Program-made: the position numbers and the translations under genes | Shown: positions 1 through 9,264 of the stretch, one piece after another | How the letters are laid out: each line of letters opens with the position of its first letter | How positions within the stretch are numbered: position 1 is the first letter of the stretch | The notes under the pieces: model-generated | What the model was told of the DNA's origin: nothing | What the model saw: the letters and a program-made list of their open reading frames with translations, nothing else | The model's database searches: none | From: Tubiluchus corallicola | Lineage: Eukaryota; Animalia; Priapulida | Direction: 5' to 3' | Length of the DNA stretch: 14,937 nucleotides | NCBI GenBank assembly: GCA_030141605.1 | Contig: JAQGDQ010002512.1 | Location: 1 to 14,937, forward strand

Positions 1-97
1 CAACAAACTTCAAAAATATGAAATATTTTCTTGAAAGTGCTTTTCTTTTAGCACTAAAGCATAGCGTACTCATGCGCCTGCAACCATTGACCTTCTC

Positions 98-2875
98 CTA
101 CTTTACAGCATAATTGTATAAGAAGCCATCGGACGAGCCTACAATAAGATTGAAGCGATGACTCCTCGACCCTAGGTCGCCAATGCTAAACTCCGAACAG
201 CCATCAAGCGGAAAACCTTTATACTGTGAACCGTCACTACTAAAAAGGTAGATACGCTGCTCCTCCTTATTTACAACACCAATCCTTCTCTTAACACCGG
301 GGAAAGTATATACCTGCATCGGTAAAGAAATAGGCGAACTAAACTTCTTGTCATATAGCTTCTTCCCATTATGCCTAAAAACAGATAACATATCTTTATC
401 AATATAGATAAGATCTCTCTCTCCATCGGCATTAATATCTTCATACCTGAAATAGTGGCCAGAACCAAACTTTGGCATCTTTTTCTTTTCGAATGAGCCG
501 TCAAAATAGAGAAAATAAATATCTCCCTTACTATCTGTTTTTACCAACCTCGATGCTCCCGGACCATTTCCTTTTTCGAAAGTAAAATCATTACTCATGG
601 AGTGGGTAAAACTTGCCTTTGTTCTGACTCTCTCATTTCCTTTTCTATCCAATATATAAGTTCTGTTAAGGTCAAAAAATACAATGTAATCTTTACTTCC
701 TACTCTGTGATGCTGGATGGGACGAGACACTGTATGCTCTGTCTTTCCAAAGCCCCATCCCGGCAGTAACTTGCCTCTTTTATCGTACATATAGACCTTT
801 TTATCACTGCATGCAACACAAAAACGATAATTCTTGCTATTGTCATAATCAAAAACAGCAACTCCGTTAGTAGACTTCTCTCTAAGCTTTATTGGATAAT
901 TCTCAACATAATTCCCGTTTCGATCTATTAAATGCAGAGCATTAGGTGTATTAAAGAAATATTGAAGCTTTCCATTTTTATAATAATCTATCTGGTATAT
1001 CTTGCTTAATATGGGCTCATTAAGCTTAATGGGCGACCACTGAACCTTACCAATCTTACTTATCAGATATAACTTATAATCCGCATCTTGCACCATCACT
1101 TCACGATTCGCACGATCGTTATGGTTTATTGTAAACTGTGGTTTAAACTCAATTTGATTGCCAAGGTGGCTTCTCCACACTGCCTGTGGCTTCTCCCTCA
1201 TGTCGGGATTATATCTTATTAGCGCATTATTATATACCATCCCTTCTCCCTCTTTGCCCTTTCCCATTTGCCACCCCACAGCCTCTACTTTGCGAAGACT
1301 CTCTATATTTTTCTCAACCTGTTTTACTACACCATCATCAAGAAACTCTTTCAAAAAAGAGAATGAGTGGCCGGGAACACACCATAAATAAAAATTAGAA
1401 GCTTGCGAAAACTGCCTGTTAAACTTGCGATAAGTTGTATCATTTTCTAAAACTTCATGCGATAGTGCATTTGATCGTATGAAATAGGAGAGTGAATTGA
1501 ATGAATCACCAAAAACCATATAATTATTACAAAAAGCCACATACTCTGTAGATACGGCATGAAAAATAGGACCAAAAACAACCTCTCCAAAGTTATGCAC
1601 AGGAAACTTATAAACATCAAACGATGCTTTATCAATTGTTAATTTATCAATGTTTTTATCCTTGCTTTTCTCCAAAACCTCATTCAGCGACTCCTCAGCC
1701 TTCTGCCCACTCTTTGTCTTTACTATAAAAAATCGTCCCTCTCCATGCTTAATAGAACTGTCATGACAAAACGCGATACCTACCTCCCCATCCACATTGT
1801 CGATAATAAACTCGCGTGGGTCTGTTTTGGTATGCTTCTTAAACCTGCTCACCCTCTCTTCATAGTTATATGACTTTCTATCCTCTCCAAGAAAAGCATC
1901 ATACGAATCAAACCACATTTTCGGGTTACTCAGATTTAAACTCAAAAAAAATGATGTTGTTGCCGGCAATACACTCTCTATTGTAAACTTCCGGGGAGTC
2001 TGGGATAAAAAAACATTCATATAGCTATTGGAGTAACCGCTTGAAAAGGTAAACCCATTAAGCATCACCTCCCTGGGCCTTAAAGTAACATCTATCTCTG
2101 TCCAGGAAGCATAATTTGAAAAATTCATTGTCTTTTTGGCTCGCGAACGATTCACGCATAACGACAGAAGGTGCGAAAAAGATTCATGGTTCAGGTAAAG
2201 ATTTATGTTAGCTTTTGCTCCGGCAGTTTTATGCACCACATTAAAATTCTCATTATCAAAAAGCGTCATCTTAGCGTTTAATTGCCTTATGGCCTCATCA
2301 ACTCTTATAGGGCTTTTGCTGAACAACAAGAGCCCCTTATGAGTTGTATATGATAAATGTTCTCTTCTATTACCATCCGTCCACTCGTACGAAAAAATCG
2401 TTGCCTTTTCATACTCCCTCTTACTCGCAGCTATATCATTCCCGGAAAACATCTCTTCAAAAAAGGTTTTTATATCACCTCTCTCAGAAATACCATCCAG
2501 CTCCAATATATACAACACGCTAAAATCTTTTTCCCCTTCAACTCCAACAGATAGCGTCAAAGACTTTTTCCTTAATATTTTTTCTATGCTGCCATTGACA
2601 GAAATAAGTGAATCAATTAGTTTCACATTAGAATACACCTCGCCCAATCCAGGTAAGGATGACAACTCTTCCCACATTGGGCTTTCAGCTATCTCCGATG
2701 AAAATGAGCAAATATCCAATATCTCTGCAAACAGAGGAGAATCAACGTGAACGGCTCTGAAAGCAGATGTCTCTAAATACTTTGACTCGCGGCTAAAAAA
2801 CAGCCATACCACCAGCATACCCAAAACTGTTATCGCTATAAACAGTACATTAAGATTCTTTCTTTTCATTGGCAC
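98..2875 (-). CDS. 925-aa N-terminally membrane-anchored protein, DUF3352-like central region plus C-terminal beta-propeller (left copy)
   Basis: Long ORF. Basic N-terminus then hydrophobic helix (VLFIAITVLGMLVVWLFF). The C-terminal ~360 aa has repeated blade-like motifs (LIDRNG..YP, YDKRG..W, ILDRKG, TDSKG, SSDG..FP) and an FG-GAP/Ca-binding-like DINADGERDLI. The track start is GTG 2875; ATG at 2869 is an alternative. Family name is from recollection, not from a search. Confidence 0.75.
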   Translation of the reverse strand: MPMKRKNLNVLFIAITVLGMLVVWLFFSRESKYLETSAFRAVHVDSPLFAEILDICSFSSEIAESPMWEELSSLPGLGEVYSNVKLIDSLISVNGSIEKILRKKSLTLSVGVEGEKDFSVLYILELDGISERGDIKTFFEEMFSGNDIAASKREYEKATIFSYEWTDGNRREHLSYTTHKGLLLFSKSPIRVDEAIRQLNAKMTLFDNENFNVVHKTAGAKANINLYLNHESFSHLLSLCVNRSRAKKTMNFSNYASWTEIDVTLRPREVMLNGFTFSSGYSNSYMNVFLSQTPRKFTIESVLPATTSFFLSLNLSNPKMWFDSYDAFLGEDRKSYNYEERVSRFKKHTKTDPREFIIDNVDGEVGIAFCHDSSIKHGEGRFFIVKTKSGQKAEESLNEVLEKSKDKNIDKLTIDKASFDVYKFPVHNFGEVVFGPIFHAVSTEYVAFCNNYMVFGDSFNSLSYFIRSNALSHEVLENDTTYRKFNRQFSQASNFYLWCVPGHSFSFLKEFLDDGVVKQVEKNIESLRKVEAVGWQMGKGKEGEGMVYNNALIRYNPDMREKPQAVWRSHLGNQIEFKPQFTINHNDRANREVMVQDADYKLYLISKIGKVQWSPIKLNEPILSKIYQIDYYKNGKLQYFFNTPNALHLIDRNGNYVENYPIKLREKSTNGVAVFDYDNSKNYRFCVACSDKKVYMYDKRGKLLPGWGFGKTEHTVSRPIQHHRVGSKDYIVFFDLNRTYILDRKGNERVRTKASFTHSMSNDFTFEKGNGPGASRLVKTDSKGDIYFLYFDGSFEKKKMPKFGSGHYFRYEDINADGERDLIYIDKDMLSVFRHNGKKLYDKKFSSPISLPMQVYTFPGVKRRIGVVNKEEQRIYLFSSDGSQYKGFPLDGCSEFSIGDLGSRSHRFNLIVGSSDGFLYNYAVK

Positions 2876-2935
2876 TTTCTATTTATGTTTCTCAATAGCC
2901 TGCATTAAAAAATCAACACTAAAAAAATACAACTA

Positions 2936-2943
2936 CAAATTTA
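2936..2943 (-). promoter_or_regulatory. Putative Bacteroidota sigmaA -7 element TAAATTTG spanning the duplication junction
   Basis: Plus-strand caaattta reads TAAATTTG on minus and matches TAnnTTTG, 60 nt upstream of the left copy. No canonical -33 TTTG at 19-21 nt spacing. Confidence 0.4.
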
Positions 2944-3043
2944 GAACAACAAACTTCAAAAATATGAAATATTTTCTTGAAAGTGCTTTTCTTTTAGCAC
3001 TAAAGCATAGCGTACTCATGCGCCTGCAACCATTGACCTTCTC

Positions 3044-5821
3044 CTACTTTACAGCATAATTGTATAAGAAGCCATCGGACGAGCCTACAATAAGATTGAA
3101 GCGATGACTCCTCGACCCTAGGTCGCCAATGCTAAACTCCGAACAGCCATCAAGCGGAAAACCTTTATACTGTGAACCGTCACTACTAAAAAGGTAGATA
3201 CGCTGCTCCTCCTTATTTACAACACCAATCCTTCTCTTAACACCGGGGAAAGTATATACCTGCATCGGTAAAGAAATAGGCGAACTAAACTTCTTGTCAT
3301 ATAGCTTCTTCCCATTATGCCTAAAAACAGATAACATATCTTTATCAATATAGATAAGATCTCTCTCTCCATCGGCATTAATATCTTCATACCTGAAATA
3401 GTGGCCAGAACCAAACTTTGGCATCTTTTTCTTTTCGAATGAGCCGTCAAAATAGAGAAAATAAATATCTCCCTTACTATCTGTTTTTACCAACCTCGAT
3501 GCTCCCGGACCATTTCCTTTTTCGAAAGTAAAATCATTACTCATGGAGTGGGTAAAACTTGCCTTTGTTCTGACTCTCTCATTTCCTTTTCTATCCAATA
3601 TATAAGTTCTGTTAAGGTCAAAAAATACAATGTAATCTTTACTTCCTACTCTGTGATGCTGGATGGGACGAGACACTGTATGCTCTGTCTTTCCAAAGCC
3701 CCATCCCGGCAGTAACTTGCCTCTTTTATCGTACATATAGACCTTTTTATCACTGCATGCAACACAAAAACGATAATTCTTGCTATTGTCATAATCAAAA
3801 ACAGCAACTCCGTTAGTAGACTTCTCTCTAAGCTTTATTGGATAATTCTCAACATAATTCCCGTTTCGATCTATTAAATGCAGAGCATTAGGTGTATTAA
3901 AGAAATATTGAAGCTTTCCATTTTTATAATAATCTATCTGGTATATCTTGCTTAATATGGGCTCATTAAGCTTAATGGGCGACCACTGAACCTTACCAAT
4001 CTTACTTATCAGATATAACTTATAATCCGCATCTTGCACCATCACTTCACGATTCGCACGATCGTTATGGTTTATTGTAAACTGTGGTTTAAACTCAATT
4101 TGATTGCCAAGGTGGCTTCTCCACACTGCCTGTGGCTTCTCCCTCATGTCGGGATTATATCTTATTAGCGCATTATTATATACCATCCCTTCTCCCTCTT
4201 TGCCCTTTCCCATTTGCCACCCCACAGCCTCTACTTTGCGAAGACTCTCTATATTTTTCTCAACCTGTTTTACTACACCATCATCAAGAAACTCTTTCAA
4301 AAAAGAGAATGAGTGGCCGGGAACACACCATAAATAAAAATTAGAAGCTTGCGAAAACTGCCTGTTAAACTTGCGATAAGTTGTATCATTTTCTAAAACT
4401 TCATGCGATAGTGCATTTGATCGTATGAAATAGGAGAGTGAATTGAATGAATCACCAAAAACCATATAATTATTACAAAAAGCCACATACTCTGTAGATA
4501 CGGCATGAAAAATAGGACCAAAAACAACCTCTCCAAAGTTATGCACAGGAAACTTATAAACATCAAACGATGCTTTATCAATTGTTAATTTATCAATGTT
4601 TTTATCCTTGCTTTTCTCCAAAACCTCATTCAGCGACTCCTCAGCCTTCTGCCCACTCTTTGTCTTTACTATAAAAAATCGTCCCTCTCCATGCTTAATA
4701 GAACTGTCATGACAAAACGCGATACCTACCTCCCCATCCACATTGTCGATAATAAACTCGCGTGGGTCTGTTTTGGTATGCTTCTTAAACCTGCTCACCC
4801 TCTCTTCATAGTTATATGACTTTCTATCCTCTCCAAGAAAAGCATCATACGAATCAAACCACATTTTCGGGTTACTCAGATTTAAACTCAAAAAAAATGA
4901 TGTTGTTGCCGGCAATACACTCTCTATTGTAAACTTCCGGGGAGTCTGGGATAAAAAAACATTCATATAGCTATTGGAGTAACCGCTTGAAAAGGTAAAC
5001 CCATTAAGCATCACCTCCCTGGGCCTTAAAGTAACATCTATCTCTGTCCAGGAAGCATAATTTGAAAAATTCATTGTCTTTTTGGCTCGCGAACGATTCA
5101 CGCATAACGACAGAAGGTGCGAAAAAGATTCATGGTTCAGGTAAAGATTTATGTTAGCTTTTGCTCCGGCAGTTTTATGCACCACATTAAAATTCTCATT
5201 ATCAAAAAGCGTCATCTTAGCGTTTAATTGCCTTATGGCCTCATCAACTCTTATAGGGCTTTTGCTGAACAACAAGAGCCCCTTATGAGTTGTATATGAT
5301 AAATGTTCTCTTCTATTACCATCCGTCCACTCGTACGAAAAAATCGTTGCCTTTTCATACTCCCTCTTACTCGCAGCTATATCATTCCCGGAAAACATCT
5401 CTTCAAAAAAGGTTTTTATATCACCTCTCTCAGAAATACCATCCAGCTCCAATATATACAACACGCTAAAATCTTTTTCCCCTTCAACTCCAACAGATAG
5501 CGTCAAAGACTTTTTCCTTAATATTTTTTCTATGCTGCCATTGACAGAAATAAGTGAATCAATTAGTTTCACATTAGAATACACCTCGCCCAATCCAGGT
5601 AAGGATGACAACTCTTCCCACATTGGGCTTTCAGCTATCTCCGATGAAAATGAGCAAATATCCAATATCTTTGCAAACAGAGGAGAATCAACGTGAACGG
5701 CTCTGAAAGCAGATGTCCCTAAATACTTTGACTCGCGGCTAAAAAACAGCCATACCACCAGCATACCCAAAACTGTTATCGCTATAAACAGTACATTAAG
5801 ATTCTTTCTTTTCATTGGCAC
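3044..5821 (-). CDS. 925-aa DUF3352-like/beta-propeller membrane-anchored protein (right copy, follows the U32 gene)
   Basis: Identical to 98..2875 at offset 2946 except E35G and E51K. Confidence 0.75.
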   Translation of the reverse strand: MPMKRKNLNVLFIAITVLGMLVVWLFFSRESKYLGTSAFRAVHVDSPLFAKILDICSFSSEIAESPMWEELSSLPGLGEVYSNVKLIDSLISVNGSIEKILRKKSLTLSVGVEGEKDFSVLYILELDGISERGDIKTFFEEMFSGNDIAASKREYEKATIFSYEWTDGNRREHLSYTTHKGLLLFSKSPIRVDEAIRQLNAKMTLFDNENFNVVHKTAGAKANINLYLNHESFSHLLSLCVNRSRAKKTMNFSNYASWTEIDVTLRPREVMLNGFTFSSGYSNSYMNVFLSQTPRKFTIESVLPATTSFFLSLNLSNPKMWFDSYDAFLGEDRKSYNYEERVSRFKKHTKTDPREFIIDNVDGEVGIAFCHDSSIKHGEGRFFIVKTKSGQKAEESLNEVLEKSKDKNIDKLTIDKASFDVYKFPVHNFGEVVFGPIFHAVSTEYVAFCNNYMVFGDSFNSLSYFIRSNALSHEVLENDTTYRKFNRQFSQASNFYLWCVPGHSFSFLKEFLDDGVVKQVEKNIESLRKVEAVGWQMGKGKEGEGMVYNNALIRYNPDMREKPQAVWRSHLGNQIEFKPQFTINHNDRANREVMVQDADYKLYLISKIGKVQWSPIKLNEPILSKIYQIDYYKNGKLQYFFNTPNALHLIDRNGNYVENYPIKLREKSTNGVAVFDYDNSKNYRFCVACSDKKVYMYDKRGKLLPGWGFGKTEHTVSRPIQHHRVGSKDYIVFFDLNRTYILDRKGNERVRTKASFTHSMSNDFTFEKGNGPGASRLVKTDSKGDIYFLYFDGSFEKKKMPKFGSGHYFRYEDINADGERDLIYIDKDMLSVFRHNGKKLYDKKFSSPISLPMQVYTFPGVKRRIGVVNKEEQRIYLFSSDGSQYKGFPLDGCSEFSIGDLGSRSHRFNLIVGSSDGFLYNYAVK

Positions 5822-5952
5822 TTTCTATTTATGTTTCTCAATAGCCTGCATTAAAAAATCAACACTAAAAATACAACTACAAATAGGGTTACGCTTATAC
5901 AAACGTAGGCCAAGCAAGATTAAATACCACTCCTGCAGCACACCTATCCTTA

Positions 5953-7239
5953 TTAACTTGTTAAAGGCACCCCACCTCCATCACCATCTGTTTGTGAAAC
6001 ATAAACCACTTTAAACAGCTTATCCGACCTTCTGATTTTCACACCTGTTAAGATCGAAACAAACTCCCCCTTTTCTGCCTCGCTTACAACTTTGTCATCA
6101 ACCCTCATCTCCTTAACTTTCGTTTGTATAACCCCTGTTGTAGGACCAGTTATCATGACCTCATCACCTATTTTTAAGCTACCTGTTTCCAGCTTAAACT
6201 CTGCAACTCCTAATTTAGTAAAATAATTTGTACCTTTTCCTATATACAACTTTCTGGTAGTAGCCTCTGAACCGTAACTACTACTCCACTCACCCAAACG
6301 CTGTCCCAAATAATAACCATCCCAGAAGCCACGGTTAAAAACAGCAGCAAGCCGACTGTCCCACTCCTTTATCTTACTATCTGAAAATGAACCATCAAAA
6401 TAAGAATCAACTGCCTCTCTATAACACTCAACAGTGGTTTTAACATACTCAGGGCTTCTTGCTCTACCCTCAATCTTAAGCACCTTAACACCAGAATCAA
6501 GGACTTTATTCAGAAAATGTATAGTCTTGACATCTTTGGGAGACATTATGTATTCGTTGTCCACCTCAAACTCTTTCCCTGTCTCTTTATCAACAACGCT
6601 ATATGCTCTGCGACACAGTTGCATACACGAACCTCTATTTGCAGACTGGCGCATCTCATGTAACGATAAATAACACTTTCCAGATATTGCCATACAGAGA
6701 GCGCCATGAACAAATATTTCAAGTTTGGTCAACTTCCCGGAGGGACCCAAAATATTGTTCGTCTCTATCTTTTCTGATATCTCCCTAATCTTTTCAAGGC
6801 TCATCTCCCTGGCCATCACCATAACATCGGCAAACCGGGAATAAAACTTCACCTCTTCAAAATTAGTTATATTTACCTGTGTTGACATATGAACCTCAAC
6901 GCCCTCACTCAAACAGTAGCTTATAACACCCATGTCGGCAGCTATTATAGCACTAACACCCGCTGCCTTTGCTGACTTGACTATCTCCTTTACCTTCAGT
7001 AGCTCCTCATCAAAAACTACTGTATTCAGTGTCAGGTATGTTTTAACACCCGCTTCACCAGACAGATAAACAATCTTCTTCATATCCTCTAGTGAAAAGT
7101 TGTACGTTGAGCGACCCCTCATATTTAACTTCTCAACACCAAAATATACAGAATCTGTACCTGCCTGTATCGCAGCCATCAACGACTCATATGACCCAAC
7201 TGGGGCCATTATCTCAATATCTCCTCTTGTCAATTCCAT
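5953..7239 (-). CDS. Peptidase U32 family Fe-S protein, probable tRNA 5-hydroxyuridine synthase (TrhP/YegQ-like; PrtC-like in Bacteroidota)
   Basis: N-terminal EIMAPVG; EIFVHGALC followed by C-x6-C-x15-C-x3-C (CMAISGKC...ANRGSCMQLC); LKIEGRAR motif; C-terminal beta-rich domain. Confidence 0.9.
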   Translation of the reverse strand: MELTRGDIEIMAPVGSYESLMAAIQAGTDSVYFGVEKLNMRGRSTYNFSLEDMKKIVYLSGEAGVKTYLTLNTVVFDEELLKVKEIVKSAKAAGVSAIIAADMGVISYCLSEGVEVHMSTQVNITNFEEVKFYSRFADVMVMAREMSLEKIREISEKIETNNILGPSGKLTKLEIFVHGALCMAISGKCYLSLHEMRQSANRGSCMQLCRRAYSVVDKETGKEFEVDNEYIMSPKDVKTIHFLNKVLDSGVKVLKIEGRARSPEYVKTTVECYREAVDSYFDGSFSDSKIKEWDSRLAAVFNRGFWDGYYLGQRLGEWSSSYGSEATTRKLYIGKGTNYFTKLGVAEFKLETGSLKIGDEVMITGPTTGVIQTKVKEMRVDDKVVSEAEKGEFVSILTGVKIRRSDKLFKVVYVSQTDGDGGGVPLTS

Positions 7240-7263
7240 ATATTAAAAAGATAAAAACTCCCG

Positions 7264-7295
7264 CAAAGTTACAACTATGGAATTGACTGAGCAAA
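7264..7295 (-). promoter_or_regulatory. Bacteroidota sigmaA promoter for the U32 gene
   Basis: Minus strand TTTG (7295-7292), 20-nt spacer, TAACTTTG (7271-7264). Exact consensus, 24 nt upstream of the ATG. Confidence 0.75.
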
Positions 7296-7447
7296 GAGAG
7301 CCGGTGCTTTCACTACTACGCTTTTTATTTTTTGAAAAAGCCCCCGAACCTGCACAAAGGTGATGAACATATGAAAACTGCCCTGGCACAATGCTCTATA
7401 ATAAATTTCATTATGCCTAACGTAAGTGCAAAAAGCTGAAAAACAAC

Positions 7448-8029
7448 TTAATACTGCTCACGAAGATAACTAACCAGCTTTGAGATAGCCCTTCCGCGGT
7501 GACTTATACTATTTTTAGTTTCAATATCCATTTCAGCAAATGAGAGGCTGAAACCGTTGGGGAGAAATATAGGATCATACCCAAACCCTTCACCTCCCCG
7601 TTTCTTTTCTAAAATCTTCCCATCAACACTCCCCTCAAACTGTTCTTCCTTACCATCAATAATCAAAGATATAACTGTACGAAACCGTGCATTGCGATTT
7701 AAAACACCATCCATCTCCCTCAAAACTTTAAGCATATTTGCGTCTGCATCTTTATCATCTCCTGCATATCGCGCAGAATACACACCAGGAGCCCCATTAA
7801 GCGCTTCTATCTCCAACCCGGTATCATCAGCAAAGCAATTTACTCTATATTTATCCCATACATAAAATGACTTCTGTGCAGCATTTTGCTCAAGTGTATC
7901 ACCCGTTTCCGCAATATCTTCATTACACTTAATATCGTTAAGCCCCAACAAGGAAATACTACTCCCCAGCATCTCCCTTAACTCACCTATCTTGTGCTTA
8001 TTATTTGTTGCAAATACAAATTCCATCAT
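7448..8029 (-). CDS. rdgB: Non-canonical purine NTP pyrophosphatase (dITP/XTP diphosphatase, HAM1 family)
   Basis: Motifs ATNNKHK, DDTGL, GAPGVYSARYA, GFGYDPIF, KNSISHRGRA. Confidence 0.95.
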   Translation of the reverse strand: MMEFVFATNNKHKIGELREMLGSSISLLGLNDIKCNEDIAETGDTLEQNAAQKSFYVWDKYRVNCFADDTGLEIEALNGAPGVYSARYAGDDKDADANMLKVLREMDGVLNRNARFRTVISLIIDGKEEQFEGSVDGKILEKKRGGEGFGYDPIFLPNGFSLSFAEMDIETKNSISHRGRAISKLVSYLREQY

Positions 8030-8106
8030 AACCTACTATACTTCAAAACAATACAGAGAAGACTCCCCTCGCAATATCAAATATAAAAAACATAAAAGAA
8101 GCCTTA

Positions 8107-9264
8107 CTACCGTACAGGAAATGTTAGTCTTACCTTTGCCCCTTTACCCTTGTTATTGCTTATTTCAATAGCCCCTTCGTGAGACTCAACTATTAATTTA
8201 GACAGATAAAGCCCCAATCCGGGAGATAGCTCGGTCTGAGCAATATCGCCTCTAAAAGGGGTTATCCCATGTTCCAGTATTTTTTTTGAAAATCCGGGAC
8301 CTTCATCTGAAATAGTTATTATACAGTTACTACTAGCGTTAGACAGGCCAATAACTACAGTGCTTTGTTCAGGTGAAAACTTAATTGAATTTTCCAGAAT
8401 ATTTATGAGGCATTTTTCCATATATTTTGTGTTAACTGCCACCTTGTCTGCTCCGCATCCACCCTTTGTTACAATATTAATTACCTTATCTTTAAAATTT
8501 TGCTGACAAAAGCGCACACTATCTTTTATTATGGTACTAATGCTTACCCTTGCTTTTTTAATATTTGCTCCCAACGCACGTATCGCCGAAATATCAAGAG
8601 CCTTGTAAGAAAACATCTCCAGACGTTTTGCAGAAATATCCAGTGCTTCAAGATATTCCAAAATGGAATTATCTTCGGTAGTCTGCTTAATAATATCAAT
8701 AATACCTATCACACCATTAAGAGGTGTCCGTATTTCATGGCTGATCATTCTTAAAAACTCATTCCTTGAATCGTCAAGCCTTGATATTTCTCTATACGCC
8801 TTTACCAGTCTTTCATTCTGCTCTGTCAATTGTGCTGTTTTCTTCTTTACCTCTTTTTCTAGCCAACTATTTACATCTTTTAGCTTCTTCCTACTTTTTG
8901 CAAGCTCACTGTGTGTATGTACCCTCTTCAGCAGCTCTTTTTCATTAAACGGCTTGGTAACATAGTCTACACCTCCCGAGTCAAAACCTTCAGTAACACT
9001 TGTCACATCTGCATTTGCAGTCACAAAAATGATACTAATATTTTCATTATCAGGATTTTTCTTAATTTCTCTGCAAACCTGATACCCATCCATACCAGGC
9101 ATAACTACATCCAGAAGCACTATATCGAATGTCTCTTTCCCGATCCAGCTTAACGCTTCATCTCCATTCATAGCAAACTCAAAATCGTAATTTTCAATAT
9201 TCAGTATATTTGCTAGTACCTGTATATTTGTAGGATTATCATCTACTATTAAAATTTTTCCCAT
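8107..9264 (-). CDS. Cytoplasmic hybrid protein: receiver domain + HisKA + HATPase_c histidine kinase
   Basis: Receiver motifs ILIVDD, LLDVVMP, FVTA, DYVTKPF; coiled coil; H-box SHEIRTPL; N-box NILENSIKF; G1 DEGPG; G2 PGLGL. No TM segment. Confidence 0.92.
   Translation of the reverse strand: MGKILIVDDNPTNIQVLANILNIENYDFEFAMNGDEALSWIGKETFDIVLLDVVMPGMDGYQVCREIKKNPDNENISIIFVTANADVTSVTEGFDSGGVDYVTKPFNEKELLKRVHTHSELAKSRKKLKDVNSWLEKEVKKKTAQLTEQNERLVKAYREISRLDDSRNEFLRMISHEIRTPLNGVIGIIDIIKQTTEDNSILEYLEALDISAKRLEMFSYKALDISAIRALGANIKKARVSISTIIKDSVRFCQQNFKDKVINIVTKGGCGADKVAVNTKYMEKCLINILENSIKFSPEQSTVVIGLSNASSNCIITISDEGPGFSKKILEHGITPFRGDIAQTELSPGLGLYLSKLIVESHEGAIEISNNKGKGAKVRLTFPVR

Larger units (their letters stand above)
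1..5884. repeat. Direct tandem duplication, period 2946 bp (1..2940 vs 2947..5884; left copy truncated by the window edge)
   Basis: Position 1 caacaaacttcaaaaatatg recurs at 2947. Homology ends after ...tacaactacaaat (2940/5884). Differences seen: 2725C/5671T, 2772T/5718C, and A7 (2921-2927) vs A5 (5867-5871). Confidence 0.97.

Noticed and set aside
36-55. Small hairpin agtgct-N8-agcact downstream of the 925-aa gene (also 2982-3001) as a terminator
   Set aside because: Only a 6-bp stem and no real U-tract on the minus strand; too weak to call.
271-5500. Short alternative-frame ORFs inside the 925-aa genes (e.g. 271..504, 1158..1391, 1186..1398, 1447..1635, 2357..2554 and their copies)
   Set aside because: Fully overlap a long real CDS, have no recognisable motifs, and recur only because of the duplication.
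2725-5718. Diversity-generating retroelement (TR/VR) explanation for the A/G differences between copies
   Set aside because: Only two substitutions, in opposite directions (A>G and G>A on the coding strand), at the N-terminus rather than a C-terminal variable region, and no reverse transcriptase in the window.
5953-7239. Collagenase/protease activity for the U32 protein
   Set aside because: The conserved four-Cys Fe-S motif fits the established hydroxylation role of U32 proteins (TrhP/RlhA/UbiUV); the protease label is historical.
7320-7341. gcttttt-N8-aaaaagc inverted repeat between rdgB and the U32 gene
   Set aside because: Mostly A/T stem, expected by chance in this composition; weak as a terminator.
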